DNA from: an uncultured Alphaproteobacteria bacterium
GTDB taxonomy: Bacteria; Pseudomonadota; Alphaproteobacteria; Reyranellales; Reyranellaceae
Assembly (NCBI GenBank): GCA_963766285.1
Contig: CAVXZJ010000010.1
Span: 74,250 to 138,249 of the forward strand
Length of the DNA stretch: 64,000 bases
Direction of reading: 5' to 3'
Shown here: one piece after another, positions 41,047 to 51,332 of the stretch
How positions within the stretch are numbered: the stretch's first letter is position 1
Layout: every line of letters starts with the position of its first letter
Translations under genes and position numbers: made by a program
The notes under the pieces: generated by a model
Databases searched by the model: none
What the model saw: only the letters and a program-made list of their open reading frames with translations
Told to the model about the DNA's origin: nothing

Positions 41047-41616
41047 CTAATGAAATTTCTTGCCGTCCCTCATCATTTGAACAATTAAATCCATGCGCTT
41101 CGTTCGCGTCTCGGGCTTCTTCGCAGTCTGGAGGCGCCAAACAATCGCAAATACGTTCGCTCTATTCAATGACTCGAAGAACGAGAGCGCCCGTTCGTCT
41201 TTCTTAAGCTCGCGAAGAAAATCCGCCGGTATCTCCATGGTGCTTGCAGCATCATACGCCTTGTCCCAGCGCCCATCTTTTTTGGCAGCATCGACTTCTT
41301 TCTGGCCGCTGACAGTCATGCGCTTTGTTTTAATGAGCCGTGTGGCATGTTCACAGTTCTTCTTCGACCAAATGCTCCTCGCGCGGCGAGGCGTGAATTT
41401 CTGCAGCCATGAGTTTTCATCGCCCTTGTTTTTCTGGCCGTCTATCCAGCCGTAGCAGAGTGCTCCGTCGAGAGCGTCGGCATAGGTAACCGTCTTCTTT
41501 CCGGAGCCCTTTTTATGGATGCGCAGCCAGATGCCGTCTGATGTTGCATGATTCGCATCGAGCCATCTGCGCCAAACCGCGGCTGATGGGAAGGATTTGG
41601 TGCGTTTTTCTTGCAT
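41047..41616 (-). CDS. YdeI/OmpD-associated family protein
   Basis: ALCYGWIDG, QKFTPRRARSIWSKKN, GQKEVDAAKKDGRWDKAY, AKKPETR; AT-richer than its neighbours. Confidence 0.92.
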   Translation of the reverse strand: MQEKRTKSFPSAAVWRRWLDANHATSDGIWLRIHKKGSGKKTVTYADALDGALCYGWIDGQKNKGDENSWLQKFTPRRARSIWSKKNCEHATRLIKTKRMTVSGQKEVDAAKKDGRWDKAYDAASTMEIPADFLRELKKDERALSFFESLNRANVFAIVWRLQTAKKPETRTKRMDLIVQMMRDGKKFH

Positions 41617-41623
41617 GAGGGTC

Positions 41624-41654
41624 TTGACAATTATTGCGTAATACGCAATATATG
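41624..41654 (+). promoter_or_regulatory. TTGACA -35 box overlapped by a perfect palindrome
   Basis: TTGACA at 41624-41629; TATTGCGTA-A-TACGCAATA at 41632-41650. Confidence 0.5.
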
Positions 41655-41730
41655 CGTGTTGCTCTATTCACTGTCTGGAGGGCGTCGGCCAGTTAGCGCA
41701 ATTAGCGCTACCCCGCTACCCCCACCGTCC

Positions 41731-42672
41731 CTACCCGACGAGGGGCATGACCTCGGCGGCGAAGCGCTGCAGGCGCTCGATGCTGGCGCTCGTCGACTCG
41801 CCGCGGAAGTCGAAGATCAGCTCGTGCACGCCGATGGTGGCAAACGAGCGGATGTCGGCCGCGATCTGCTCGGGCGTACCCGAGAAGCTGCGGCGCGTGC
41901 CGTCGCGGTCGGGCACGGCGTTGTCGTAAAGCGGCGCCTTGTAGGAGATGGTGAGGGCGGAGAAATCGCGGCCCTCGGACTCGCTCATCTGCTTCAGGGT
42001 GGCGAGGTGTGTGCGCATCTCGTCGGGCGGCAATGGCGAGGCCGCGATGGCGCCGACCGGGTGCCAGCCGTTGCCATGCTTCGCCGTACGGCGGAGCGCA
42101 GCGCGCGAGTGGCCGCCGACCCAGATCGGCGGATGCGGCTTCTGCAGCGGCGGCGGCTCGGCGCGGATGTCCTTGTACTCGTAGAACTGGCCCGCGAAGC
42201 TCGCCGGCGACTGGGTCCAGAGCTGCTTGAAGATCGTGAGCCACTCGTCGGTGACGGCGCCGCGCTTGTCGAAGTCGGGGGTGTCGAGGGCCTCGAACTC
42301 TTCCTTGAGCCAGCCGACGCCGACGCCCAGGGTGACGCGGCCGCCGGACAGGACATCGAGCGACGCCACCATCTTCGCGGTGAGCACGGGGTTGCGGTAG
42401 GGCAGGACGAGGACGGAGGTGACGAGGCGCAATCGCTCCGTGGCGCCCGCCACCACGCCCAGGATGGAAAAGGTCTCGAGCGCGTCGCCGCCGCTGGGGT
42501 GCTTTTTGTCCAGCGTGTAAGGATATGCCGACTCGCTCTCCACGGGGAAGACGATGTGATCGGCGATCATGGCGGAGTGCAATCCGAGCCGCTCGCCTTC
42601 ACGGGCGAGGGACAGGACGCCGTCGCGTGTGGCGGTGGGACCGCGTGTCGGAAGATAGAAGCCGTAGCGCAT
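41731..42672 (-). CDS. LLM-class (F420-dependent-like) oxidoreductase
   Basis: IADHIVFP, LVTSVLVLPYRNP, DVLSGGRVTLGVGVGWLKEEF, PPIWVGGHS. Confidence 0.92.
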   Translation of the reverse strand: MRYGFYLPTRGPTATRDGVLSLAREGERLGLHSAMIADHIVFPVESESAYPYTLDKKHPSGGDALETFSILGVVAGATERLRLVTSVLVLPYRNPVLTAKMVASLDVLSGGRVTLGVGVGWLKEEFEALDTPDFDKRGAVTDEWLTIFKQLWTQSPASFAGQFYEYKDIRAEPPPLQKPHPPIWVGGHSRAALRRTAKHGNGWHPVGAIAASPLPPDEMRTHLATLKQMSESEGRDFSALTISYKAPLYDNAVPDRDGTRRSFSGTPEQIAADIRSFATIGVHELIFDFRGESTSASIERLQRFAAEVMPLVG

Positions 42673-42748
42673 GGAGCGATGCTGCCCCTATGATCCCCGA
42701 GGAGACAAGCAGCTAAACAAGCAAAAGAGTGATTCAGGGCGGAAAAGC

Positions 42749-44467
42749 ATGGTGCAGGACAGCAGCAATTACTGGAAGAAGTCACGCGTGGAGATGCGCG
42801 CGGCGGGCTTCGATCCGGACAAGACCGTGAAGACGAATTCGGTCGTCACCATCGCCAGCGCCTATACCAATGCCCATCGCTGCAACAACCGCGTGCGCAC
42901 GATCACCGACCTGCTGGTCGAGCTGCTGGCGGAGAAGGGCGGGCAGGGACTGATCGTCGGTGCGCCCGCGGTGTCGGATGCGTTGACGCAGGGCACGCCC
43001 ACGGCGGGCTATAGCCTGGTGTCGCGCGACGTGGTGGCGGATTGTTTCGAGATCGGCCATTACGCCCATCACGGCGACGCGATGATCGTGATCTCCGGCT
43101 GCGACAAGACCGGAGCGGCCGCGCTTATGCCGCTCGCCCGGACCAACGCGTTCGGGCTCGTGCTGTACCCGGGCACGAGTTCGCCCGGCAAAGTGTCGTT
43201 CGGTGCGTGGGCCGCGAAGGGCAACAATCTCACGATCATGGACTACGTCGAGGCCCGGGCGGCCAACGAGGCGAGCCGCATCTCGGGCGACGAACTGCTC
43301 GAGATCGAGCGCAACGTGATGCCGGGCAGCGGCACCTGCGGCGCGATGTTCACCGCCAACACCATGAGCACAATCGCCGAGTTGATCGGCATGATGCTGC
43401 CGCGCGGCGCCTCGCATCCGGCCGACTACGATGCGAGAAGCGACATCCACGCCGATGTGCGGGCGCAGGCGCGTGCCTCGGTAGAGGCGCTCTACCGGCT
43501 GATCGCGGCCGGCCTCAGGCCGCGCGACATCATGACCGAGCGCGCCTTCGAGAACGCGATCACGACGGTCTACGCCATGGGCGGCTCGACCAACATGTAC
43601 CTGCACCTGCTCGCGATCGCGCGCGAGGCGCAGGTGCCGATCGGCATCGAACGCATTCAGCAGATCGGCGAGCGGGTCCCACTGATCGCCAACCTGCAGC
43701 CGCATGGCCCCTACGCGATGGTGAGCCTGCATGCGCTGGGCGGTGTGCCGGTCGTGATGAAGGAACTGCTGCGCGCCGGCCTGTTGCACGGAGACGCGAT
43801 GACCGTGACCGGCAAGACCCTGGCCGAGAACCTCGCTGCAGTGCCGGCGCTCGAAGAGCTCGGCAAGCAGGACATCGTGTTTCCGGTCAAAAAGCCGATC
43901 GCCGCGCCCAACAATCACATCAGCGTCCTGAAGGGCAATCTGGCGCCCGAGAGCTGCCTGCTGAAGCTGTCGGGCAAAACGCTGGAAAAGGGCGAGTTCC
44001 GCGGCACGGCGAAGGTGTTCGAATCGGAGGCCGAGACGATGAAGGCGATCCGCGCCGGCGAGATCGTGCCGGGCACCGTGATCGTCGTGCGCAACGTCGG
44101 TCCCGTGGGCGGGCCGGGCATGCCCGAGATGGTGATGCTGACCATCCAGTTGCAGGGCCGCGGCCTCGGCGAGGACGTGGCGTTGATCACCGATGGCCGC
44201 TTCTCAGGCGTGAGCCACGGCATCCTGATCGGCCACATCTCGCCGGAAGCCGCGCGTGGAGGCCCGATCGCCGCAGTGCGAGACGGCGACACGATCGTGA
44301 TCGATCCGGCGAAGCGCACATTGAACGTCGACATTCCGGCCGAGGAACTGACCCGGCGCATGGCCGGTTGGCGCGCCCCCGACCTGTCGGACCGCGTACG
44401 GCCGGGCTCCGTGCACGACAAGTACATTCGGCTGGTCTCGTCGGCCCATCGCGGCTGCGTGGTCTAG
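42749..44467 (+). CDS. IlvD/Edd-family dehydratase (dihydroxy-acid dehydratase-like)
   Basis: Fe-S ligands in RCNN, GCDKT and [10 protein letters not shown]; [29 protein letters not shown]. Confidence 0.92.
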   Translation: MVQDSSNYWKKSRVEMRAAGFDPDKTVKTNSVVTIASAYTNAHRCNNRVRTITDLLVELLAEKGGQGLIVGAPAVSDALTQGTPTAGYSLVSRDVVADCFEIGHYAHHGDAMIVISGCDKTGAAALMPLARTNAFGLVLYPGTSSPGKVSFGAWAAKGNNLTIMDYVEARAANEASRISGDELLEIERNVMPGSGTCGAMFTANTMSTIAELIGMMLPRGASHPADYDARSDIHADVRAQARASVEALYRLIAAGLRPRDIMTERAFENAITTVYAMGGSTNMYLHLLAIAREAQVPIGIERIQQIGERVPLIANLQPHGPYAMVSLHALGGVPVVMKELLRAGLLHGDAMTVTGKTLAENLAAVPALEELGKQDIVFPVKKPIAAPNNHISVLKGNLAPESCLLKLSGKTLEKGEFRGTAKVFESEAETMKAIRAGEIVPGTVIVVRNVGPVGGPGMPEMVMLTIQLQGRGLGEDVALITDGRFSGVSHGILIGHISPEAARGGPIAAVRDGDTIVIDPAKRTLNVDIPAEELTRRMAGWRAPDLSDRVRPGSVHDKYIRLVSSAHRGCVV

Positions 44468-44511
44468 AACATGATGCCTTTAGGCCGACCGATGGTTGAT
44501 CCAAAAGCCTT

Positions 44512-44620
44512 CCTCATCCTGAGGAGGCCCGCAGGGCCGTCTCGAAGGATGGGAACGAGCACCACGCCTGTTGCCCATCCTTCGAGACGCGCCGCAAGCG
44601 CGGCGCTCCTCAGGATGAGG
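44512..44620. repeat. REP/RIME-like nested palindromic intergenic element
   Basis: Outer arms CCTCATCCTGAGGAG/CTCCTCAGGATGAGG and inner arms GTCTCGAAGGATGGG/CCCATCCTTCGAGAC, both perfect 15 bp. Confidence 0.85.
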
Positions 44621-44643
44621 ACGATGGCTTGAAGGAGCAGGGC

Positions 44644-46330
44644 ATGGATTACGAAGTCCCGGACTACGAAGTCATCGTCATCGGCGCGGGCGTGGGCGGC
44701 ATCTATCAGATCAAGCGGCTGGCGGATCTCGGCATCAAGGCCACGGTGCTGGAACTGGCGGGCGATCTCGGCGGCACCTGGTACTGGAACCGCTATCCCG
44801 GCGCGCGTTTCGACTCGGAGAGCTACACCTACGGCTACTCGTTCTCGAAGGAGCTGCTCGACGAGTGGCACTGGAAGGAGCGATTCTCCGGCCAGCCGGA
44901 GAATCTCGCGGTACCTGAACTACGTCGCCGACAAGTTCGACCTGCGCAAATACATGCAGTTCAACGTCCGCGTCGAGGCGGCGCACTTCGACGAGGCCAA
45001 CACGCTATGGCGCCTGACGCTCTCGGATGGGCGCACGCTCAGCTGCCGCTTCGTGGTCATGACCCTGGGGCTGCTGTCGCAACCGACCTTGCCGCGCCTC
45101 GAGGGCATGGACTCTTTCAAGGGCCGCTCGTTCCACACCTATTACTGGCCGCAGGAGCCGGTCGATCTCGCCGGCAAGAAAGTGGCGGTGATCGGCACCG
45201 GCGCCACGGCGATCCAGGTGATCGGCGAGATCGCGGACAAGGTGGGCGAGCTCACCGTGTTCCAGCGACGGCCGAACTGGAGTGCGCCGCTCAACAACAG
45301 CCCGATCTCCGCGGCCGAGATGGCCGACATTCGCCGCCGCTACGACGAGATCTTCGCCGCCTGCGCGCGCTCGCCCGGTGGCTTCGTGCACGAGCCGGAC
45401 CGGCGTGGCTTCTACGAGGTATCGCGCGAGGAGAGGCAGGCGCTATGGGACAAGCTCTATGACGAGCCGGGCTTCGGCATCTGGCTCGCCAACTTCCGAG
45501 AGATCTTCATGGACGAGGAGGCCAATGCCGAACTCTCCGAGTACATCGCCGGGCGCATCCGTCGCCGGGTCAAGGACCCCAGGGTGGCCGAGAAGCTGAT
45601 CCCTACGGATCATGGCTTCGGCATCCAGAGGGTGCCGCTGGAGACGCGTTATTTCGAGGCCTACAACCGGCCCAACGTGCATCTGGTCGACTTGCGCGAG
45701 ACGCCGCTGGCGCGGGTGACGGCGCGGGGGTTGCAGACGACGGAGCGGGAGTACGAATTCGACATCATCGTCTATGCCACGGGCTTTGACGCCATCACCG
45801 GCGCGTTCGATCATATCGACATTCGTGGCACTCCAAACTCCACAGGGGCCGGGCAGTCCCTGCGCGACAAGTGGCGGGACTCCTGCTCGACCTTCCTCGG
45901 CATGATGATCCATGGCTTCCCGAACCTGCTGATGCCGGCTGGTCCGCAAAGCGGCTCGGCCTCGACCAACTATCCGCGCGGCATCGAGACCGGCGTCGAC
46001 TGGTGCACCGACTTTCTGCGGGAGGTCTTGAAGCAGGATCGCACGCGCTTCGAGGCGACCGCGGAGGCCGAGGCGAAATGGACGGCGCACGTTGTCGGCA
46101 TGTACTCGATGATGCTGATGCGCAAGGCCAAGGGGTGGTTCACCGGCTACAACTCCAATGTCACGGGCCATGAGGAGGGCAAGGTGCGCTACTTCGTCTA
46201 CAACGGCGGCGCGCCGAAGTATGTCGCCCGCATCAACGAGGTCGCCGCCAGGGGCTACGAGGGCATCGACCTCGGAAACGCACCGAGGGGTGCATTGGGA
46301 CGTTCAGCCGCCGCCGCCAAGGCTTCGTGA
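44644..46330 (+). CDS. Baeyer-Villiger monooxygenase (frameshift ~44907)
   Basis: GAGVGG, GGTWYWNRYPGARFD, FKGRSFHTYYWP (FxGxxxHxxxWP), GTGATAIQ, ATGFD. Confidence 0.92.
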
Positions 46331-46348
46331 TCGGGAGGCAGGATTAGC

Positions 46349-47996
46349 GTGGAAAGTTTCGACTACGTCATCGTGGGCGCCGGCTCGGCCGGCAGCGTGC
46401 TCGCCAGCCGGCTGAGCGAGGACGGCAAGGCGACGGTCTGCGTGCTGGAGGCGGGGCCGTCGGATTGGCATCCTTTCATCCATATCCCGGCCGGTTTCAT
46501 GTATACGCTGGTCAATCCCAGGGTGAACTGGCTCTACACGTCCGAGCCCAGCGAGTGGACGGGCGGCCGGCGCATTGCCGCGCCCCGCGGCAAGACATTG
46601 GGCGGCTCGAGCTCGATCAACGGCCACATCTACAATCGCGGCCAGCGCCTGGATTTCGACGGCTGGGCGCAGCGCGGCAATCGCGGCTGGGGCTATTCCG
46701 ACGTGCTGCCGTACTTTCGTCGGACCGAACACCGCATGGCGAGCGCCAACGACGCCGATTCGACGTTCCGCGGCAGCGACGGCAATTTGCCGATCACCGA
46801 TCTGGAATGGCGCGATCCTTTGTGCGAGGCCTTCATCGAGGGCGCGGTCCAGATGGGCATCCCGCGCAACAGCGACTACAACGGCGCCCGCCAGCAGGGG
46901 GTGAGCTACGTCCAGCGCATCATCCGCAACGGCCGGAGAGTCAGCGCCGCGCGCGGTTACCTGCATCCGGCGATGAAGCGCGCCAATCTCGACGTGTGCA
47001 CGCACGCCCATGCGACGGAGATCGTGCTCGAGGGCAAGCGCGCGGTCGGCGTCCGGTATCGCAAGGGCGGCAGGGACGGCGCGCCGATGGAAGTGCGCGC
47101 GGCGAAGGAAGTGATCCTGTGCGGCGGGGCGGTGAACTCGCCGCAGCTCCTGCAGGTCTCGGGCATCGGCCCGGCGCCGCTGCTGCAGTCGCTTGGGATT
47201 ACGGTGAAGCATGCGCTGGCAGGCGTCGGCGAGAACCTGCGCGACCACTACGCGCCGCGCTTCGTGGCGAGGGTCAAGAACGCCGGAACGATCAACGAGA
47301 AGTCGCACGGCCTCAGGCTGGTCGGCGAGGTGATGAAATACGCCGTGGCGCGCAAGGGCATCCTCGCGCTCAATCCGACCCTGATCTACGTGTTCTGGAA
47401 GTCCGACGAGGCGGTCGACAACTACGACCTGCAATTCACCTTCACACCCGCGAGCTACAAGGAAGGCGTGCAGTCGAAGCTCGACGACTTTCCCGGCATG
47501 ACCATCGCGTCGTGGCAGCAGCGGCCGGACAGTGTCGGCTATGTGCGCGCGAAATCCTCCGATCCGTTCGCGGCGCCGACCATCCAGCCCAATTACCTGG
47601 CTGCGGAAAGCGACCGGAGGGTCCTGCTGGCCGGCATGAAGATCGCGCGCCGGCTGCTGAGGTCGCAGGCGCTCAGCAAGTACTACGATCGCGAGGAGTT
47701 TCCCGGCGCCGAGAAGCAGTCCGACGAAGAGCTGATGACGGCCGCCAAGCAGCGCGGCACGACGACCTTTCATCTGATGGGGACGTGCCGCATGGCGCCC
47801 GACAGCGATCCGACATCGGTGGTCGACGACCAGCTTCGCGTGCGCGGCCTCGAAGGCCTGCGCGTCGTCGACGCCTCGGTGATGCCCACCATGCCGTCCG
47901 CGAATCTCAACGCCTCGGTGCTGATGATCGCCGAGAAGGCCGCCGACATGATCCGCGGCAAGGCGGCTCTCGAGTTCGGTCAAGCTCGCCGATTGA
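46349..47996 (+). CDS. GMC oxidoreductase (choline dehydrogenase-like); true stop probably 47994-47996
   Basis: GAGSAG, RGKTLGGSSSING, GENLRDH, FHLMGTCRM, DASVMP...N.NA. An extra T at ~47975 fuses it to the MFS gene in the ORF track. Confidence 0.9.
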
Positions 47997-48049
47997 GAAG
48001 CGGACTCGGCTCGGCTAGGCTGAAGCCGCAGTTCGGGGGAGTTTCAGTC

Positions 48050-49306
48050 CTGGAAAAGCCCAACACGCGCCGGGTCGTCATGGCGGGCGCGATCGGCAAC
48101 GTGCTCGAATGGTACGACTTCGCGGTCTATGGCTACTTCGCCGCCGCCATCGGGCGTGCGTTCTTTCCCAAGGAAGATCCGGTCGCGCAGGTGCTCGCAG
48201 CCTTCGGCATCTTCGCCGTGGGCTTCCTCATGCGCCCCGTGGGTGGCGCTCTGTTGGGTTACGTCGGCGACAGGTTTGGACGCCGCACCGCGCTTACCGT
48301 ATCGGTGGCGGCGATGGCGATCCCGACGTTCCTGGTAGGCGTGCTGCCGGGTTACGCCGTGCTGGGCGTGGCGGCGCCCTTCGTGCTGACGGCCTTGCGC
48401 ATGATCCAGGGACTCTCGGTCGGTGGCGAATATACGACCTCGATCGTCTTCATGGTCGAGCATGCACCTCCCGGGCAGCGTGGTTTCATCGGCGCCATGG
48501 CCGGCTGCGGCGCAATCGGCGGCATTCTCCTGGGCTCGGCGACGGGAGCCATCCTGGCGCAGCTCATGCCCGCTGACACCCTCGAGGCCTGGGGCTGGCG
48601 CATCCCGTTCGTGCTGGGGTTGCTGGTCGGACTGGCGGGCTACTTCCTGCGGCGCACGCTCGTCGATGAGCCGCGCACCCGGGCGTCGGGCCGCTCGCCG
48701 TTCGTCGAGACCGTCCGCACGCACTGGCCGGTCCTGCTGCGCCTGTCCGGCCTTTCCTGCTTCAACGCCGTCGGCTTCTATCTCTCCTTCGTCTACATCG
48801 TGAGCTGGCTGCAATTCGCCGACGGCATCGCCCCGGCCCATGCGCTGGGCATCAACACGTTCAGCATGGTCGCCATGCTGCTGGTCATGGTGGGGGCCGG
48901 CTTGCTGTCCGATCGCATCGGCCGCAGGCCGGTGCTGCTGATCGCCACCACCATCGGCGTGGTGGGGGCGTACCCTTTCTTCTGGCTGATGTATCACGGC
49001 GAGGTCAGCGTGATCCTGCTCGGGCAGCTTGGCTTCGCCCTGGCTGTCGGCATGTTCGTCGGTGCCCAGCCCACGGCCATGGTCGAGGCGGCGCCGGTCG
49101 AGGTGCGGTGCACGGCGATCGCGCTCGGCTACAACCTGACCCTCGGCCTCGTGGGCGGCGTGAGCCCGATGGTCGCGACCTGGCTCGTCCATCGTACCGG
49201 CGACAATCTCATGCCGGCCTTCCTGATCATGGCGGCGGCGGCGATTTCGTTCGTCGCCACCCTGTTCCTCAAGGACGCAAGCCGCGACGCCCTGGCGATA
49301 GCCTAG
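48050..49306 (+). CDS. MFS transporter, MHS/ProP-like (start approximate)
   Basis: GNVLEWYDFAVYG, GFLMRPVGG, GDRFGRR, QGLSVGGEY, WGWRIPF. Confidence 0.92.
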   Translation: MEKPNTRRVVMAGAIGNVLEWYDFAVYGYFAAAIGRAFFPKEDPVAQVLAAFGIFAVGFLMRPVGGALLGYVGDRFGRRTALTVSVAAMAIPTFLVGVLPGYAVLGVAAPFVLTALRMIQGLSVGGEYTTSIVFMVEHAPPGQRGFIGAMAGCGAIGGILLGSATGAILAQLMPADTLEAWGWRIPFVLGLLVGLAGYFLRRTLVDEPRTRASGRSPFVETVRTHWPVLLRLSGLSCFNAVGFYLSFVYIVSWLQFADGIAPAHALGINTFSMVAMLLVMVGAGLLSDRIGRRPVLLIATTIGVVGAYPFFWLMYHGEVSVILLGQLGFALAVGMFVGAQPTAMVEAAPVEVRCTAIALGYNLTLGLVGGVSPMVATWLVHRTGDNLMPAFLIMAAAAISFVATLFLKDASRDALAIA

Positions 49307-49324
49307 CGCCGCAGCTCGGCCGGC

Positions 49325-50287
49325 TCAGGCCTCCATTTCGGGCACGACCCAGAGCGGGGCTTCGCCGCGCGCCACCCTCTGCACGTTGTCGAAGCCGTTG
49401 CGCAGGCGGGTGATGTTGCTTTCCCATGTCGGCCCGGCGAGATGGGCCGTCAGGATGACATTGTCGAGCTTGAGCAGCGGATTGTCGGGCGGCGTCGGCT
49501 CCTCGTCGAAGACGTCGAGGCCCGCGCCGAACAGCTTGCCGGCGGACAGCGCGGCGGTCATCGCCTTCTCGTCGATCACCGGACCGCGCGAGGTGTTCAC
49601 GATGATGGCGGACGGCTTCATCATGGCGAGTTCCTGCGCACCGATGAGGTGATGCGTGCTCTGGTTCAGCGGCACATGGAGCGACAGGATGTCCGAGCCG
49701 CGCAGGATCTCCGGCAGCAGGCGGAAGCGCACGCCCAGCGCATCCTCTTCCTCCTCCTTGAGGCGGGCGATGTCGTAGTAGTGCACGGTCATGCCGAAGG
49801 CGCGCGCCAGGCGCGCCACCTTCTTGCCGATCGTGCCCAGGCCGACGATGCCCAGCACCTTGTTGCGGACCTCGTGGACCTTGGGCGGCGAGTTGCCGTG
49901 CCAGCGGCCGGCGGTGACGTTGGTGTGCTGGGTGATCAGGCGGCGGGAGACCGAGAGCATCAGCAGCACGGCGTGCTCGGAGACGGCGACGGAATTGGCG
50001 CCGCCGTTGTTGCACATCGGCACCTTGTGCTTGTTCATCGCCTTCAGGTCGGCGCGGTCGTAGCCGGCGCTCAGCAGCTGGATCAGCCTGAGGTGCGGCG
50101 CGTCTTTGTAGAGCTGCTCGTTCACATATTGCTGCACGAAGCCCACGAAATAGTGGCTGCCGGCATAGGCCGCCTTCTGCTCGGGCGAATTGTGCAGCGC
50201 CTTCACGATCTCGAAGCCCTTGGGGGCGAGGTCGTCGACCATGGACAGCGTGTCTTTCGGGCCGACGACGAGTATGCGTTCAACCAT
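49325..50287 (-). CDS. D-isomer-specific 2-hydroxyacid dehydrogenase
   Basis: SAGYD, NSVAVSEH, GLGTIG, SLHVPL, NTSRGPVID, LDVFDEEP, TAHLAG. Confidence 0.92.
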   Translation of the reverse strand: MVERILVVGPKDTLSMVDDLAPKGFEIVKALHNSPEQKAAYAGSHYFVGFVQQYVNEQLYKDAPHLRLIQLLSAGYDRADLKAMNKHKVPMCNNGGANSVAVSEHAVLLMLSVSRRLITQHTNVTAGRWHGNSPPKVHEVRNKVLGIVGLGTIGKKVARLARAFGMTVHYYDIARLKEEEEDALGVRFRLLPEILRGSDILSLHVPLNQSTHHLIGAQELAMMKPSAIIVNTSRGPVIDEKAMTAALSAGKLFGAGLDVFDEEPTPPDNPLLKLDNVILTAHLAGPTWESNITRLRNGFDNVQRVARGEAPLWVVPEMEA

Positions 50288-51332
50288 CTTGGAGTGCCTC
50301 CGCAGCGATACGATGGCCTGTCAGCAGGCCGGGCAGCCTCCCGGGCTCGGTGCGGCCCCAGCCGCACTCCGCCGAGAAACCGAAATCTGACGCATGGCGC
50401 CGGGCGGCGGCGATGCGCGCCTTGTCGCCGGCCGCATCGTCGAAATGGAGCAGGCCGAGATAGAGCTTCGTGCCGGCAGGCCGCTTCCACTTCGCAAGCG
50501 GCGCATAGTAGGCGTCGTCGACGCGATCCCTGGGCACCGGGATATGGAAGAAGTCGATCGGGCGCTTTGTGGCGGCGGCGATTCCCTCGAGCATCTCGAC
50601 CAGGATCGCCGAATCCTTCGGCTGCACCAGATGCTCGTCGCGCGGCGAGCCGTAGCAGAGGTGAAAGCCGAGTTCGGCACCGGCGGGCACCGCATCGCCC
50701 AGCCGGCCCAGCATGTCGAAGGTCTGCTTCTTGTAGTCGGCCGGCCGGTCCTCGAAGTAATTCTCGAAGGCCAGCACCTCCTGGCAGACATCCCACTGGA
50801 TCGCGAGATCTTTCGCTGGAATCGTTTTGGCGATGTTGGCCAGAGCCGCCTTCAGCGCACGCTCGTACACGCCGAAATAGGTCTGGCGCGCGGCGCCGCT
50901 GACGTAGAGATAGCCGCTGGCGTGCGGCGTCGACAGGCAGACCTGGAAGCGCGTATGGGCCGCGATCGCGCCCAGGTCGCGCAGCCGCTTGAACACATCC
51001 CAGGAGGCAAGGGCGGCCTTGTCGTAGCCGGTCTCGAACACGACCTTGTCCGCATCAGTGCCGGGCTTGAAGCGGACCTGTTCGATCTCGCGCACGACCT
51101 TGCCGTCCCATTGGACGAACTTGTAGGGCGGCACCGTCGGATCGACCTCCATGGCGGGATGATCGAGCAGCATCTGGCGTTGGAAGTAGACCCAGCGCGA
51201 GCGCTCTCCCGTCTCGCCGTCGGGCATGCGGCTGAGATGTGGCCCGAGCTCGGCGGACAGGCGGCGGAACACCTGCTCGCTGCTGTCGAGCGGAACGCTG
51301 CCGATCAGGTGCAGACGCTCGCCAGCTTGCAT
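50280..51332 (-). CDS. Divergent MetE-like (cobalamin-independent methionine synthase II fold) protein
   Basis: HLIGSVPL, PDGETGER, IQWDV, GFHLCYG (HxC) and AECGWGR putative Zn ligands. Confidence 0.7.
   Translation of the reverse strand: MQAGERLHLIGSVPLDSSEQVFRRLSAELGPHLSRMPDGETGERSRWVYFQRQMLLDHPAMEVDPTVPPYKFVQWDGKVVREIEQVRFKPGTDADKVVFETGYDKAALASWDVFKRLRDLGAIAAHTRFQVCLSTPHASGYLYVSGAARQTYFGVYERALKAALANIAKTIPAKDLAIQWDVCQEVLAFENYFEDRPADYKKQTFDMLGRLGDAVPAGAELGFHLCYGSPRDEHLVQPKDSAILVEMLEGIAAATKRPIDFFHIPVPRDRVDDAYYAPLAKWKRPAGTKLYLGLLHFDDAAGDKARIAAARRHASDFGFSAECGWGRTEPGRLPGLLTGHRIAAEALQDG

Noticed and set aside
41692-41730. TAGCGC-N5-GCGCTA and C-rich run after the LLM stop
   Set aside because: Too short to distinguish from chance in GC-rich DNA.
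30767-42700. A defined tRNA-anchored island bounded by attL/attR
   Set aside because: No duplicate of the tRNA 3' end and no integrase found by eye, so boundaries cannot be set.
46349-49306. 985-aa GMC-MFS fusion
   Set aside because: One extra T at ~47975 removes the natural ...ESVKLAD* end; the MFS has its own GGGGGAG RBS.
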